A stretch of DNA of 64,000 bases. Origin: Owenia fusiformis. Its lineage: Eukaryota. This document shows positions 51,706 through 64,000 of this stretch, in pieces. The DNA is taken from assembly GCA_903813345.2 (NCBI GenBank), contig CAIIXF020000001.1, positions 14,322,001 to 14,386,000 on the forward strand, in the 5' to 3' direction. The translations under genes and the position numbers were made by a program. The notes beneath the pieces are model-generated. The model ran no database searches. It saw nothing but the letters and a program-made list of their open reading frames with translations, and was not told where the DNA came from. The first letter of the stretch is position 1, and every line of letters begins with the position of its first letter.

Positions 51706-53695
51706 CTGGAAACAAAACAATTTTATATCTATTAATCTTCATTAACATAAGGATTATCGAATAGTACATTGTTATATTGAGAAATGAGGGGCACATCTAC
51801 AAAAAAGTAGAAAATACCTACATTTTTATGTAACAATGAATAGCTATATGTTCGCTATATGTGTGCTGAACCCTGAGATCATAATCATGAAGAATATCAT
51901 TATTATCCTCGTAAGCTTGGGATAAACTTGGTGGTGTCTGAATAAGTGACATCAATCCCTTGTCTATACCCCCTCTCTCTTTTTACCATTGGTAGAAGCA
52001 AGTGAGAAGGCACAGAGTGAGGTGTGCAAAAATATTTTAGTCTTGTGATTTTTTCAGACTTGCCATGGTTTATCATGATGGCATATATATTGGATTTAGT
52101 ATTGGAAAAGCTGAATGAAGAATATGTGTTCTTAATGATAGTTTAACAAATTAACAATGACAGAAACCAGATAATACAGATATTACATTAATAGATTTTC
52201 TAACATTTGAGTGTAACGAATCAGTTTGAAAATTACTTTAAGTATTATGGAAGACGAATTGTTTACTGCGTAGCATTTTTATTAGGGTGATCGTAGGTGG
52301 TAAGTGAGTAGGGTATTCACGCTTGGAGTATTTCATATGGACATGTGAATTATGTATGTAATGTAAGGTCATTCTCGGTTTACACGCAAGCGAGGTATGA
52401 CAAAGTTACACAGGCAAATGTTTTTAGAAATTTCATATTCGTTAAATTTTCAAAATACCAAACATGGCATTGTTAAGAACAGGTGAATCGTTTATTGAAG
52501 TCCTCGTATGTAACTCTGCTTCAAATCGGATCACGGGGCCGACTTTAAAGTGTGCGCCCGACCCGGCTACGTATAGCACAGAGTTTATACTGGCGGATTA
52601 GACTAGTTCATTTTTTATATGTGTGTGAAAGCTTTCTCTTATTTGCGTTTTTTTCGTTTAGTACGGTTCTGTTATAATTGCCGAGGTCATATAACCGGGA
52701 TAAAACAATGATTATCGTTGACTGCCCACACACAAAACATACGTTGAGTGAACTACTAGTGTTATTACAAACAACAGACTTTAGAATTCAAAGCGTAGTG
52801 TGATAATAAGCTGTACACTACCACTGCTGCATGTACATATTACTAATTTACTAGGGCTCCCAAAGAGTGGATAGGGAGGTTGTGTTTGTCACTTTTAAAT
52901 TTTACATTTCAATTGTCATTTTACATGTCATAATTTGTTGGTTTCATTCGTTTAGCCAATCAAAACATTGTAAAACAATAAATCGTCTGTTACGTACAAT
53001 CAATTTTGTTCAGTTTTGATTAGTTGTCAGAATAAAGTTTCGTTCATCTGAATCCATGTATCAAAACAAAAAACCTATTTTCACTTCAAAATACTTCAGT
53101 GAGATGAAGGCTCGGAATTGCCACATGCAATAACTTATTGTCGTATTCGTTATTTTATCTTCTCGATAGTAGCATTTAGTCGCACATTTGATGCCAGGTC
53201 ACCTTGTCGCGTACCTCTTGGGGAACCCCACATTTATGTGTGTACTCATGGAAGTAAATTCCCCGGTGTAGCCGAGAGCCACAAACTTTTCAACAGGTTC
53301 GAAATGACCAATTTCTCTCATATATACTCTAAATATTTTATTGTTTAGCACCTACAAAGTATTGCTAATAACCATATGTAATTTCAATAAGGAAACTTAT
53401 CTGGCTACATGTAAATTCAATATCAACACTAGCTGTTCTCTCAACACGTCCTAGCTTACCTTGTGGTGACAAACCCTGGATTTTCGCTATTTATAGTTTA
53501 TCAACACCTGGACGCATGCGCATTTTATAGTTTATCGGGCACTTTAAGTTGAGTACCTCCTCCCTCCTTAAAAAAGGGGGTTAAGGTTGGGTCACCGGAA
53601 GTTGAGAGATTTTCAATTTAACTTCGTTTATTTCATGTAATAACACTTGTTTTATTTATATTAATTGTTACGAGCTTACCGTAAGTTCAGGAATG

Positions 53696-54480
53696 ACTAG
53701 AAAAACAGCAACTCCACGGAGTAGCAAATCCCACCGAACAAAACATATTATGCTTATTATAGCTAGTGCAAATGTTGAAATGTTTGTGCACTTTGTGATA
53801 GAAGCATGAAATTTGGCACAAAGTTAGTTTATACCATTGTGAACTAGGCATCATCATATGAAATTTGAACCAAATCCGTTCACTGGTATATGAGTTATCA
53901 AAGATTACGTTTTTTACGAAAATTGGCCGCCATCTTAAAATTCAGCCGCCATCTTGAAAATTATTTGTTGCACAGAGCTACTGTGTCCCTAGGCATAATC
54001 ATATAAAATTTCAACCAAATCTGTTCACTGGTATTTGAGTTATCAAAGATTACGTTTTTTACGAAAAATTGCCGCCATTTTAAAATTATGTGGCCATCTT
54101 GAAAAAATTTTGTCGAACATAGCCACTGTGTCCCTAAGCATCATCATATAAAATTTGAACCAAATCCATTCACTGGTATTTGAGTTATCAAAGATTACAT
54201 ATTTTTACGAAAAATGGCCGCCATTTTGAAATTAAGTGGCCATCTTGAAAATCTCTTTTTGTGCAAAACTCCTTTGTCCCTAGGCATCAGCATATAAAAT
54301 TTGAACCAAATCCGTCAACTTGTATTGGAGTTATCAACTATTACATTTTTTACGAAAAATGGTGGCCATTTTGAATTGAGCGGCCATATTGAAAATTCCT
54401 TCTCGAGCAGAGGTCCTACACTCATAAGGCATAATCCTATAAAATTTGAACCAAATCCGTCAACCGGAACTGATTCGGTT
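53696..54480 (+). mobile_element. Related HINE-like element, 3'-truncated, about 4-5 core repeats of about 145 bp
   Basis: 5' end CAGCAACTCCACGGAGTAGCAAATCCCACCGAACA resembles 30085-30119; TTTGAACCAAATCC recurs at about 53864, 54009, 54153, 54300, 54444. Confidence 0.78.
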
Positions 54481-55234
54481 GAAAAAGTACACTAACGCTG
54501 TCGGTCAGTTAGGCTACTACGCCTTTACTTATTACTCAGAACAGAATTTTATGATTTACTAATAGCCTTCATAGTGCCAAGCGAATATTACAGAATTTGA
54601 TATTGACACGATGCTGTCGGTCAGCAAAAATGTTGCTCAGAGTAACATTCAGATGTTGAGATTTGTGGAATGGAACGAGATGTATAGTTGCTTGATGTAA
54701 ATGGACTGATGAATAAATATCATACTCGCCCACAAGGCCATTACTATTTGAAAGTTAATTTAGTAGTTGTGTTCTATGTTCGTGGTAAACGTGGAGTTTA
54801 GTTTACTTAATAAGCATTCATAATATGAGAACATATTTCAATCATCAATATTCTAAATGAATGCTTTTAGTATAATTAATTAAATATATATTTTGTCATG
54901 ATGTGTATCCATCATTCCATGCAAAAAGAGTCCCACTGTTATACAAGAGTAAGTCGAAATTAATTAATAAAAAAAAAATACTGATTGTGTTATATAAAGC
55001 TAAAGAGTAAATCCATCAACAGCGTATATATAATGGAAATGATAACAATTTTATTTATCTATCCCTTAAATGCAAAAAAGTCATTCATTTTTTACTTTTC
55101 AAACAACCTTTTTTATTAAACTCCAAAAACATTGTCAATGATTAAAAACAACATATTTCTTATCATTGAATAATATATTGGTTTTTTTAGACAAAAATTA
55201 TCAAAATAATTAAGGATGCCCTCTAGATATTTCT

Positions 55235-55305
55235 ATTTCAATAGCTCAGTGGTAGAGCGCTCGCCTAGAAAACAAGGGGTCATGGGTTCGGTCCCTATTT
55301 GGGTA
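55235..55305 (+). other. tRNA-derived fragment (SINE head or pseudo-tRNA)
   Basis: A-box-like TAGCTCAGTGGTAGAGCG at 55242 and B-box-like GGTTCGGTCCC at about 55285; acceptor and anticodon stems do not pair well. Confidence 0.65.
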
Positions 55306-55638
55306 GACAGACTCTTTCATATAAGCCTTTAGCAAAAGATTTCATTCTGTGTTTTCATAACAATTTTCTTTTGACAAAACATTTTAAAATAATAAAGGAT
55401 GCCCTTTAGACAAAGTTGAAAATATTGACATTGACGCTTAATTTTTACTTTTAAAATATGAATTTTTTTATATACCATTTCTGTTTTTGTGAGGTAGAAG
55501 ACATTTAATACTCCAAGGTATGTTTTGGGTTGAAATTTGAATTTTATATGGGATCTAATAGAATAGAGAAGTCCTCAATCCACTTTTGTCAAAAATGATA
55601 CATCAGCAGATTAACTTGGTTTTTAAAGTTCTAATATT

Positions 55639-56486
55639 CACCCTATGCAGACAGAGCCTGTGGGAAATATTGGGTGCGGAGCAAATGAGCGGAGGGTGCG
55701 GAGCTAACGGTTATTTTTGAATTTAAATTTGGGATATTTCTGAAACTAAGCCGTTTTGGGACTTCAAATATACCAAGATATGTGTATTTGACACCAAAAT
55801 CAATACAATTGTGAAAATAGTAGCGCAATTCATTCTTTAGCGACGCAGTGTGCCTTAAACCTTTCCCAGACCTATATATTTTGAAATTATCCTTTTAATA
55901 CTGAGTCCCCAGCATTCATAAAAAATGGTGTTCAAGGTGCACTATCTATACAAATTATTTTTGCATCTTGGAAGCCAGGCAGTATCTGTGTGATTTTATA
56001 AAAATTCGGAAATGTTCTTCAGATATGAGCCCCTCTAAATATTGGGTGCGGAGCAGCTCCATAAACGTAGCTCCGCACCCAATATTAAGAGGGGCTCATA
56101 TCTGAAGAACATTTCCGAATTTTTATAAAATCACACAGATACTGCCTGGCTTCCAAGATGCAAAAATAATTTGCATGGGTAGTGTATCTTAAACACCATT
56201 TTTTATGAATGCTGGGGACGCAGTATTAAAAGGATAGTCTCAAAATATATAGGTCTGGGAAATGTTTAAGGCATACTGCGTCGCTATAAAATGAATTGCA
56301 CTACTATTTTCACAATTTTATTGATATTTGGTGTCAAATACACATATCTTGGTAGATTTGAAGTCCCAAAACGGCTTAGTTTCAGAAATATCCCAATTTT
56401 AAATTCAAAAATGACCGTTAGCTCCGCACCCTCCGCTCATTTGCGCCGCACCCAATATTTCCCACAGGCTCTGTCTGCATAGGGTG
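55639..56486. mobile_element. 848-bp palindromic (fold-back) non-autonomous transposon, Transib-like termini
   Basis: ATATT|CACCCTATGCAGACAGAGCCTGTGGG...CCCACAGGCTCTGTCTGCATAGGGTG|ATATT; arms 55639-56054 and 56070-56486, 15-nt spacer. Confidence 0.93.
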
Positions 56487-57371
56487 ATATTACTGTAATT
56501 ATTGTCTGCTATGATCTCGGTCAACTATATCTGAGAAAACATTCCAAACCTCAAGGGAACATCCTTATGTGAGATTAATTGCATAAAATAGTTATCATAT
56601 GCCTATTCACAATTTCAACCAACTGTAGAACCTGTGTAAGTGGAACACCCTTGGGACCACAAAAAAGTGTTCCAATTGCGAGGTGTTCCACAATGGGCAA
56701 TGGGCAAATGAACAAATGAACGCAGCATACAGATTTTGACAATGACAAGCCAAAAATAATTATACACATACATATTTTTATATTTAACATTTTCACAAAT
56801 AATCATTTTACCATTATCTGATTTTTTCGGGATTGAACTGCAATAATAAAGGCAATTGAATAAATAGAAAAATTTGCCAAATTTTATTGACCCACCCTGT
56901 ACATGGACAATATTCAAATTAAATAGAGACAATAACATATAATACATTTACATGTACATGTATGTTGTAAATTTTTCAATTACTCAAGCCTTATACAAAT
57001 ATTACATATTTTTTAGAAAGATTAAGATAGGTCTTCCCGGCCTCCACCAGGCCTCCAATATCATTTTGTAAGAAATTCTTTATCTTAGATTTCTCATCTC
57101 ATACGTAGACTGTATATTCGATTGGGTAATTGTGCCTAATTACCGATCAGTAATGCATCATATACTCGTAAACTGGCTGATTAGTGTAAAGGTCAGACTC
57201 GAGGACAACAATTATGACGTCAATAATGCGAGTGATCAACAGCAAGATCCAATTAATTGGCAACCTGAGAAGTAAATGGAGGAATTCCTTTCTTATTGTG
57301 ATGAACTATGATCTGCACCAGTTAGTAATTTAATATATAAGAAGTGTCCAATATCATAACTATGTGTCATA

Positions 57372-59008
57372 CACTGTTGCTCATAAATATGGAATATTAG
57401 ATTTGGCAACTCAGAATTCAAAGTTTGGAGTAAGAGAACATTTATTTGGAGTTGGCTCAGACATTTATTTTCTAGGCAAATCATAACCACATATTTCACC
57501 TACAAATCAACATTTTTTAGAGAAAAAATATTAACATTTAAGTTTAGAAAATTACTGTTACTTAAACAGGGGTACCCTAAGAATTTTTGCATTTTCAAAA
57601 CACCCCGATCCAAATCGTCATGTAAAACAGATCAAGCAAAATAAACATCTGGTCATGAAGATTGAAGTGTCCTCTATCCAATGATAGCACTAATATGTGT
57701 TATGTCCTCTTTGTGCTGCAATCAGAGCATCAACCCTACGGGACCAGTATTGAATGAAACATCTGACCTTTCAAAGTGAAATAGGGCCCCATTTCTCAAT
57801 CTGGGCAGTGCGTAACGTGTCTAAATTTTGAGGTGGGGGTCCAAGTCACAAATCTCATTACCAAGGTCGTCCCACATATGCTCTGCATTAGCCTGTTTGG
57901 CTGACTTTTGTGCCCATGGTAGCTGGTCCACATTGCCTGCCCTGATGTAATCCAACACGATGCCACTAGCATATGCAACAGCATGATCATTCTGCAGTTG
58001 AATGTTGCCCCAAAACACTCTGTTTACATGTGGTACTTGATGGAGGTCCAAAAGGTCAATTTACTCTAAAATTATGTTTGGGAATCACCAAGGGGGTGCA
58101 ATTTCTGTAGTACTGCTCCAAACAACCTCTGCAATACTGCTCCAAACATAAATAGGGTCGCCTTCATGGACTGCCACATCAGTAAGTGTCCTTATTGTCT
58201 CTTTCCCCTGGTCTACGACAGTAACGAACACAATTATCCACTTTGTGGAGGACACATCTTATTTCTTCACATGCTGTCATATGACACCAAAGATAAGGTC
58301 CAACGCTTTCCTGCCTATTGAAGGCACTTTTCTTTGTTAGGACCAGTCAGCTGTGGTCTCTTTAAAGGTCTCATGGCCTTGCATCTGATATAAAGAAATC
58401 ACTGGTTGTCTATAGCTCTGGAACACGGGTTTTGAGGTGAGACAGCCATTCATCTCATAGACTACTGGTTGACTTAAAGCGATGTTGATGACATAAATGC
58501 AGCAGGTGGTGGTCTTTTCTTACATTTTTCTCTCTAGGGCTACTATTGCTGTGACCTGGAGTCATATTCCAGTGCCTTTGGTACCACTGCAAAATTTTAG
58601 GGACTGTTCCTGACACACCCCTAGGGTCCTGGCAATGGCAGTTTGTGTCATGCCAGAGAGCGCCATCACTATGACCTGACATGCTCTTTTTCACTTATTC
58701 TATGGAGCATCCCTTCTAAAAACTTGTCCAACTCTAAATTAAATTTTTATAAAATGTGCACAATGATTACAACTAAGATTTGGACACCTCTTACAAGTTA
58801 CCATATCATGAGGTCATGGGGTCAACTGAGTGAATACAAGTTTAATCAACCATAAATGTTTTAACTTTTCATACCAATCAGTTTTATATGCAAAACTGAT
58901 AAGGGAATGAGAACACATTAAAATTTTTCATCAAAATGTTATAATTTTGTAGAAATTCCATTGAACAGTTCGTATCTATAAAATATTCCATATTTATGAG
59001 CAACAGTG
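57372..59008 (-). mobile_element. Full-length-size (1637 bp) fossil Tc1-like transposon
   Basis: TA|CACTGTTGCTCATAAATATGGAATATT...AATATTCCATATTTATGAGCAACAGTG|TA, 27-bp perfect TIR, TA TSD. Confidence 0.92.
57690..58690 (-). pseudogene. Decayed Tc1-type transposase
   Basis: LQNDHAVAYASGIVLDYIRAGNVDQLPWAQKSAKQANAEHMWDDLG (57821-58051) aligns by eye to the Tc1 consensus FQQDNARPH...LPWPAxSPDLNPIEHxWDxL; multiple stops/frameshifts; boundaries approximate. Confidence 0.8.
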
Positions 59009-60105
59009 TATGCAATTTGAATGAATCAAAATACGAAAAGGCCCAATTTTATAAATATTCTGATGAACTCTTGAATGGACATGAAAAATGATTGAAATGA
59101 TTGAAATTTTAAAAAAAACATAAGGACCTGTAAAGTGGAACACCCTTAGGACCATAAAAAGAATTTCCACTTGTGAGATGTTCCTCTAACAGAGATTTTC
59201 TACTTTTCTACTGTATTTGTAATTTAACAAAATATAGAAAATTCCGAAAAGAAAATGCCAGATTTGACATTAAAGGCAATGCCATAAAAATATATTTAAG
59301 ACAAGAATTAGTTTATGACTGAAATAAATTTCAAGGTCACATAAAAGAACTTCAGAAATCTTGATACCGCACAAAATTCTACAAAAATTGATCAAAGCTC
59401 TAGAATCGTCTATTATTGTGATAACAGAAAAGCAAATTGATATCACAATCACAGTTTAGATATAAAACTTTTTTTTAGGAAGTGTCCCCTATTTTACAAA
59501 AACAACCCTTTCACGGACTAATGAAATATGTGAAACAATTAATTAATTTTACATACTGTATTGTGTTTTTCTAACATTAATAGTATAGAGAATAGCAGCG
59601 TAACAAGGTTAATCATTCCATCTACAAAACGATCAATAAAACTTGCGATTTCCGATTTAAAAAACATGTTTGAAGATGAAATATATACTAATACTGCAGT
59701 GTTAATTGATACACTAAAGGATATCTGAGTGAAACCACTTCATTTATAGTGTTACATATACTTAAAAATGTACCAAGGACAGGGGCACTGGAGTTCAATT
59801 GCGACTTAAATGATTTTATTGCAGACCTAAAGAATTAAAAGAAAATAAAATTTATCTGAAGTATAATAAATGGCATTTTGAAATGAAGTTTTAGATAAAA
59901 GGTACAATGACCTACCATAGTGAAATCTATCCATCCCCTGTGGCTAAGCAAATTGAAGTAAATAACCAGGAACAGAAATCAAAGGGATTTTTATAAAAAG
60001 GTCACACACCTGAGGCGGGATTTAAACAGCTTTAATTCCTGAGGAAAATAAATATTCTTCCCTTGATACCTTCAATCATATAATCCCTCATGATAAAACT
60101 GCATA

Positions 60106-60500
60106 CAGGGTGTCCCAAAGAAAGTTACAAAATAAAACAGGACTAACTCTTTTTCTTTCATCAAAAGGGAGCTGAACTTTGGACATGATAAAGATATATC
60201 ACTATTCAATTTGCAGTCAAAAATTCATAGAAATTGTAAATTACTTACAGAGAAATTTTATATTTAAGTTGATATGCTCTTAATGATTTCCATCAGAGCT
60301 GAATGCAATTCCAAATATGGAAAAATGGGCGAGGGTATTATCAAATAAGTATTTCTCTATAACTAAAGTGACTTGGCGAAACTTTTAGATATTTATGATA
60401 ATTAAACTGTTTGTCAGATGAAAAAATTTAAAGAATATTCTTTCATCTACAGGGTTATTCCATTTTTTGTTTCAGGTACAATTTACTTTGAGACACCCTG
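60106..60500. mobile_element. Tc1/mariner-type MITE, about 395 bp
   Basis: TA|CAGGGTGTCCCAAAGAAA...TTTACTTTGAGACACCCTG; right-hand TA is not intact. Confidence 0.75.
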
Positions 60501-61602
60501 AATAATCCTCCCCTCTCTCTCCAGCTGAAGCCAAGCATTGAGTTAATAAGTGTCAGGATGTCTGAATCAATTCATAATCATATTTTATTGCATGTATACC
60601 CCTATCAATTTTGATCTCCCTGGAGATATTATCAGTTACATATTTCAGAATGTCTGACATCACATTTCATTATTATAGATGATAAATAAAACATGGGGAA
60701 AATTGGTATTTATTAATTGCATTCCAAGCATTGAATATAACATGTGCTAATCTGTTCTCAAAACATTGATATTCTAATTCAATCTCTTCAAATATATCTC
60801 TTAATAATTGAATTAGATGATAACAATAGTAAAAATATGGCATTAACATGATAAAATGTCAAGTTAAAATGACAAAATTAGGTAAGTTGTTACAAATGGT
60901 TACAAAAGTGTAACACATAGTTACAGACACAGACTGCTGAATGTAAGTCACAAAAATAGGAGCTAAAACAATGTCATCACCTCACTAAAATGAAACACAT
61001 TTGAAATATTGTCATTTTTATAACAAAGACTTCAAGTCAAAACTACAGGGGGTAACCTTATGATAAGATGTTGTAACTAAGACTAAAGACCTTCAGCAAT
61101 AATGTGTATTTCTTCAGAGAGTACTTCTTCATGTCAAAAATATATCTGAATACTCTAACGACCCATCAATAAGGGTTTTACTCTGAATTGTGAATTCCTA
61201 TGTATTGCCGAGGGGTATATTTCAAAAAGGAAAATTTCCAATATTTCATCCAGTAGAAGATGACTTTCTCCCCTATCTGACAGCTAGAACATGTCTGTGT
61301 GTCTACAACATATGCAGATGTAGAAATCCACCCCTATATTTTTCATCTAGTTGTCAATAATCAAGACTTTTATAGTACTTCTATCATTAAGATGTAAATT
61401 ATGCGAGCTTCTCCATTTCATTCTGACTGAATATCACCAGAAACCTAATTGCAATTAATACCTGAAATAAGGTGAAAATTTGCTGTAAATTACAAATAAG
61501 ATTGCAATTTTACTAACATTTTACTTATATTCATAATTAGCACTTGTCTAACAAAAGTATGTGTGTATGTATATTATAAGGTTGTTTATGCGCAATCAAG
61601 GT

Positions 61603-62125
61603 TTACAAGACAAGGTTACACTTGTACAGACAAGGTTGCACTTGAACAAAGAAGGTTGCATTTGTATAGACAAGGTTGCACTTGTACAGACAATTTAGCA
61701 CTTGAATAAAGAAGGTTGCATTTATATAGACGAGGCTGCGCTTGTACAAACAATATTGCACATGAATAAAGAAGGTTGTATTTGTATAGATAAAATTGCA
61801 CTTGCACAGACAATATTGCACTTGACAGAAAAGATTGCACTTAAACAAAGAAGACTGCATGTGTACAGACAAAATTGTACATGTACATTGTTGCACTGGT
61901 AACAATGAAGTACTTGAGAACCTAAGTTTGCACTTGAACAAGAAAAGTTGAATTTGTACAGACAAGGCAGCACATGCAGACATTATAGGGTTCACTTATA
62001 CAGACAAAGTTGCTAGTGTGCAAAGTTGCACTTGTACAAGGTTGCACTTATATAAATAAGGCTGCACTTACAGAAAAGGTTACACATTTATAAACAAGGT
62101 TATACTTATTAACTAGACAAGGCCA
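61603..62125. repeat. Degenerate minisatellite, about 20-bp unit (about 40-bp higher-order period)
   Basis: ACAAGGTTGCACTTGTACAG and variants. Confidence 0.9.
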
Positions 62126-63639
62126 CAACAGACAACTTGACACTTGCTCACATCAATCAGCAATGCTGTACAAGAAAACTCTTGATACCACCCAATAACA
62201 GCTTCTTTTGTTTATGTTTACAAAAAGGTAACATCTCTTTCTTCCAAGAAACATATCAGCTCTTACGCATGGCTGAAGCCCCACAAAAGAATGTAGAATA
62301 TATAGTTACACTGAAAAAATATACAATACTTGGGAAAACAAGCCCACAAGCAGAGATGGCCAAATTGCTAATCACCCATCTTCAAATGAATGAGCAGCAG
62401 AATATATCAGGTAAAACCACATAAATGCCTGAGTAAGGAATATAATCGTGAATTTCAACAGAAGTTATATTTTACGGGAATACATCAGGTGAGATCATTC
62501 ATCAAATGTATTGACGTAATGTCTTATTTCCTCGGCAGAAATCCTGTCAATTACGTACATGATAGACTCATATAAATATTCCAAGAAATATGACTATGAC
62601 ACATCACGTTTTCATCAATATACTGCAAAACTGAATTATGTGAAGCAAGTACCAACGTGTTGTTATATTCATCTTAATAAATCGCAGCTGAGTTTCTACC
62701 TTTGATTAGAGGCTCATCAATCTAAAGAGGAACATGGAGATACCTGAATTAAACAAGCCATGTGTCTTATCTGATTACCTGAGTCATTGTTTTTTGAACT
62801 GAATTGTTTATACACTTTCTCACAAGGATTTTCTCATCAACAATTCAACATTATATACCCACTTTAAGTTGTGGATCTCTATGCACTGTTGCAAGAGTGG
62901 CAACATATATATGTGGGAAATAAATATGGAGTCCCTGACAAATATGAAGGATGAAAAAAGAAACATGGGATATGAAATACTAACTTCTATGTCCTCCCTC
63001 TTTATCTTTGTAAATGGTATTTGGGGATATTTGTGGCTTGCTCTATTCACCAATATATCTTTAGTTTGGATATCAGCTACTTAAAAAGAAAAAATATTAG
63101 AAAAACAGCTATTCTAATTAATGAGCTAAAAATGCTTTCAAGCAAGTTTATGTTTTTATACCTTGATAGATGACATTAATTAAATGATCAAAGATGGAAT
63201 ATTATCATATCATAATCATGGGAGATTAGGTAAAGTTACAGTCTAATGAAGAAATTCAAGAAGTTTTTCTTTGATAAATGTGTATTTATTCATCCAAAAT
63301 TCTTTTGAACGGCTAGTGACGGAGGAATTACCACACTCATATGTAGAATTCATTGATCTTAACTCTGCCAGGATATAATAGATTTCTTCAATCAAACCCT
63401 TAATGTATTTTCAACGATATATAACATGTTATGACGTCAGTTGCAGAAAAAATCTATAAAGAAAACCCCATGTGGGTGGACATGACCTGAATATTTACTC
63501 AATGAATGATCTAAATTCGCACCAGATATCTTACCAGATCTTTTCCAATGATGCAAAGATGATTTCTCAATTCTACATAATGTATTAAAGGTTAATGAGA
63601 ACACAGAATGAAATCCTGCACTAAATGCTGATATGAAAA

Positions 63640-63700
63640 AGTCCCTACGTGGGGACTGAACCCAGCACCCTTCTTCATCAGGGTGAGTGCATGCTCATTG
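63640..63700 (-). other. Degenerate tRNA-derived fragment
   Basis: Minus strand ...GGGTGCTGGGTTCAGTCCCCACGTAGGGAC resembles a T-arm/B-box and 3' end. Confidence 0.35.
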
Positions 63701-64000
63701 TTGAACAATATTTGTCAGGATAGTTATCTTCTGTATTTAGACTTAAAAACATTTCAGTAAAGGGAAATCATTTCTGCTGAAAAAATTGTTTGTTGTCACT
63801 CAAGATAAAGGATGACCAAAATAATTGTTACTCTCTAATTTTTGTAATTACTTTTTCAGTTGCAGTAGACTTCTCAACTTTTTAATGTAGATAGAGTGTT
63901 TAAAGGAGCAAACTGTGAGTGATATAGGAGTATCACTGTTCGCATAGGAGAACTTAGATTTAACATATGACTTTCAAAAATTTCAACATGATTAAGATTC

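Noticed and set aside
55235-55305. Functional tRNA gene
   Set aside because: Stems do not form a proper cloverleaf; treated as SINE-like.
55643-56482. Two near-identical ORFs on opposite strands
   Set aside because: Mirror images produced by the palindromic element.
61603-61995. Cys-rich overlapping ORFs
   Set aside because: Translations of the degenerate 20-bp minisatellite.
51706-64000. Upstream or first PDE9 exon
   Set aside because: No convincing coding exon with a phase-1 donor found by eye; a short exon could have been missed.

Overview
AT-rich eukaryotic (invertebrate, probably lophotrochozoan/mollusc-like by repeat content; inference) genomic DNA. It is dominated by one multi-exon gene on the minus strand encoding a PDE9-like cGMP phosphodiesterase. 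Seven exons with canonical GT-AG boundaries and matching phases join into one open frame: 51705-51556, 26505-26454, 18466-18364, 17933-17788, 8772-8631, 5465-5370, 2100-1978. I found no first exon or later catalytic exons, so these probably lie outside the window. The rest is intron filled with non-autonomous DNA transposons (Tc1/mariner, Helentron-like, one Transib-like palindrome), tRNA-derived fragments and minisatellites; almost all ORF-track entries are noise. Most unusual observations: (1) two consecutive catalytic-domain exons have each had their 3' end plus 5' splice site copied into a tandem array (about 18 x 64 bp and about 3.5 x 59 bp), creating ladders of alternative donors behind an in-frame stop; (2) two frame-preserving phase 1-1 cassette exon candidates (24 nt and 72 nt) not evident from the ORF track; (3) an 848-bp near-perfect palindrome with CAC...GTG ends and a 5-bp TSD. 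I see no prokaryotic-type system (CRISPR, operon) here.
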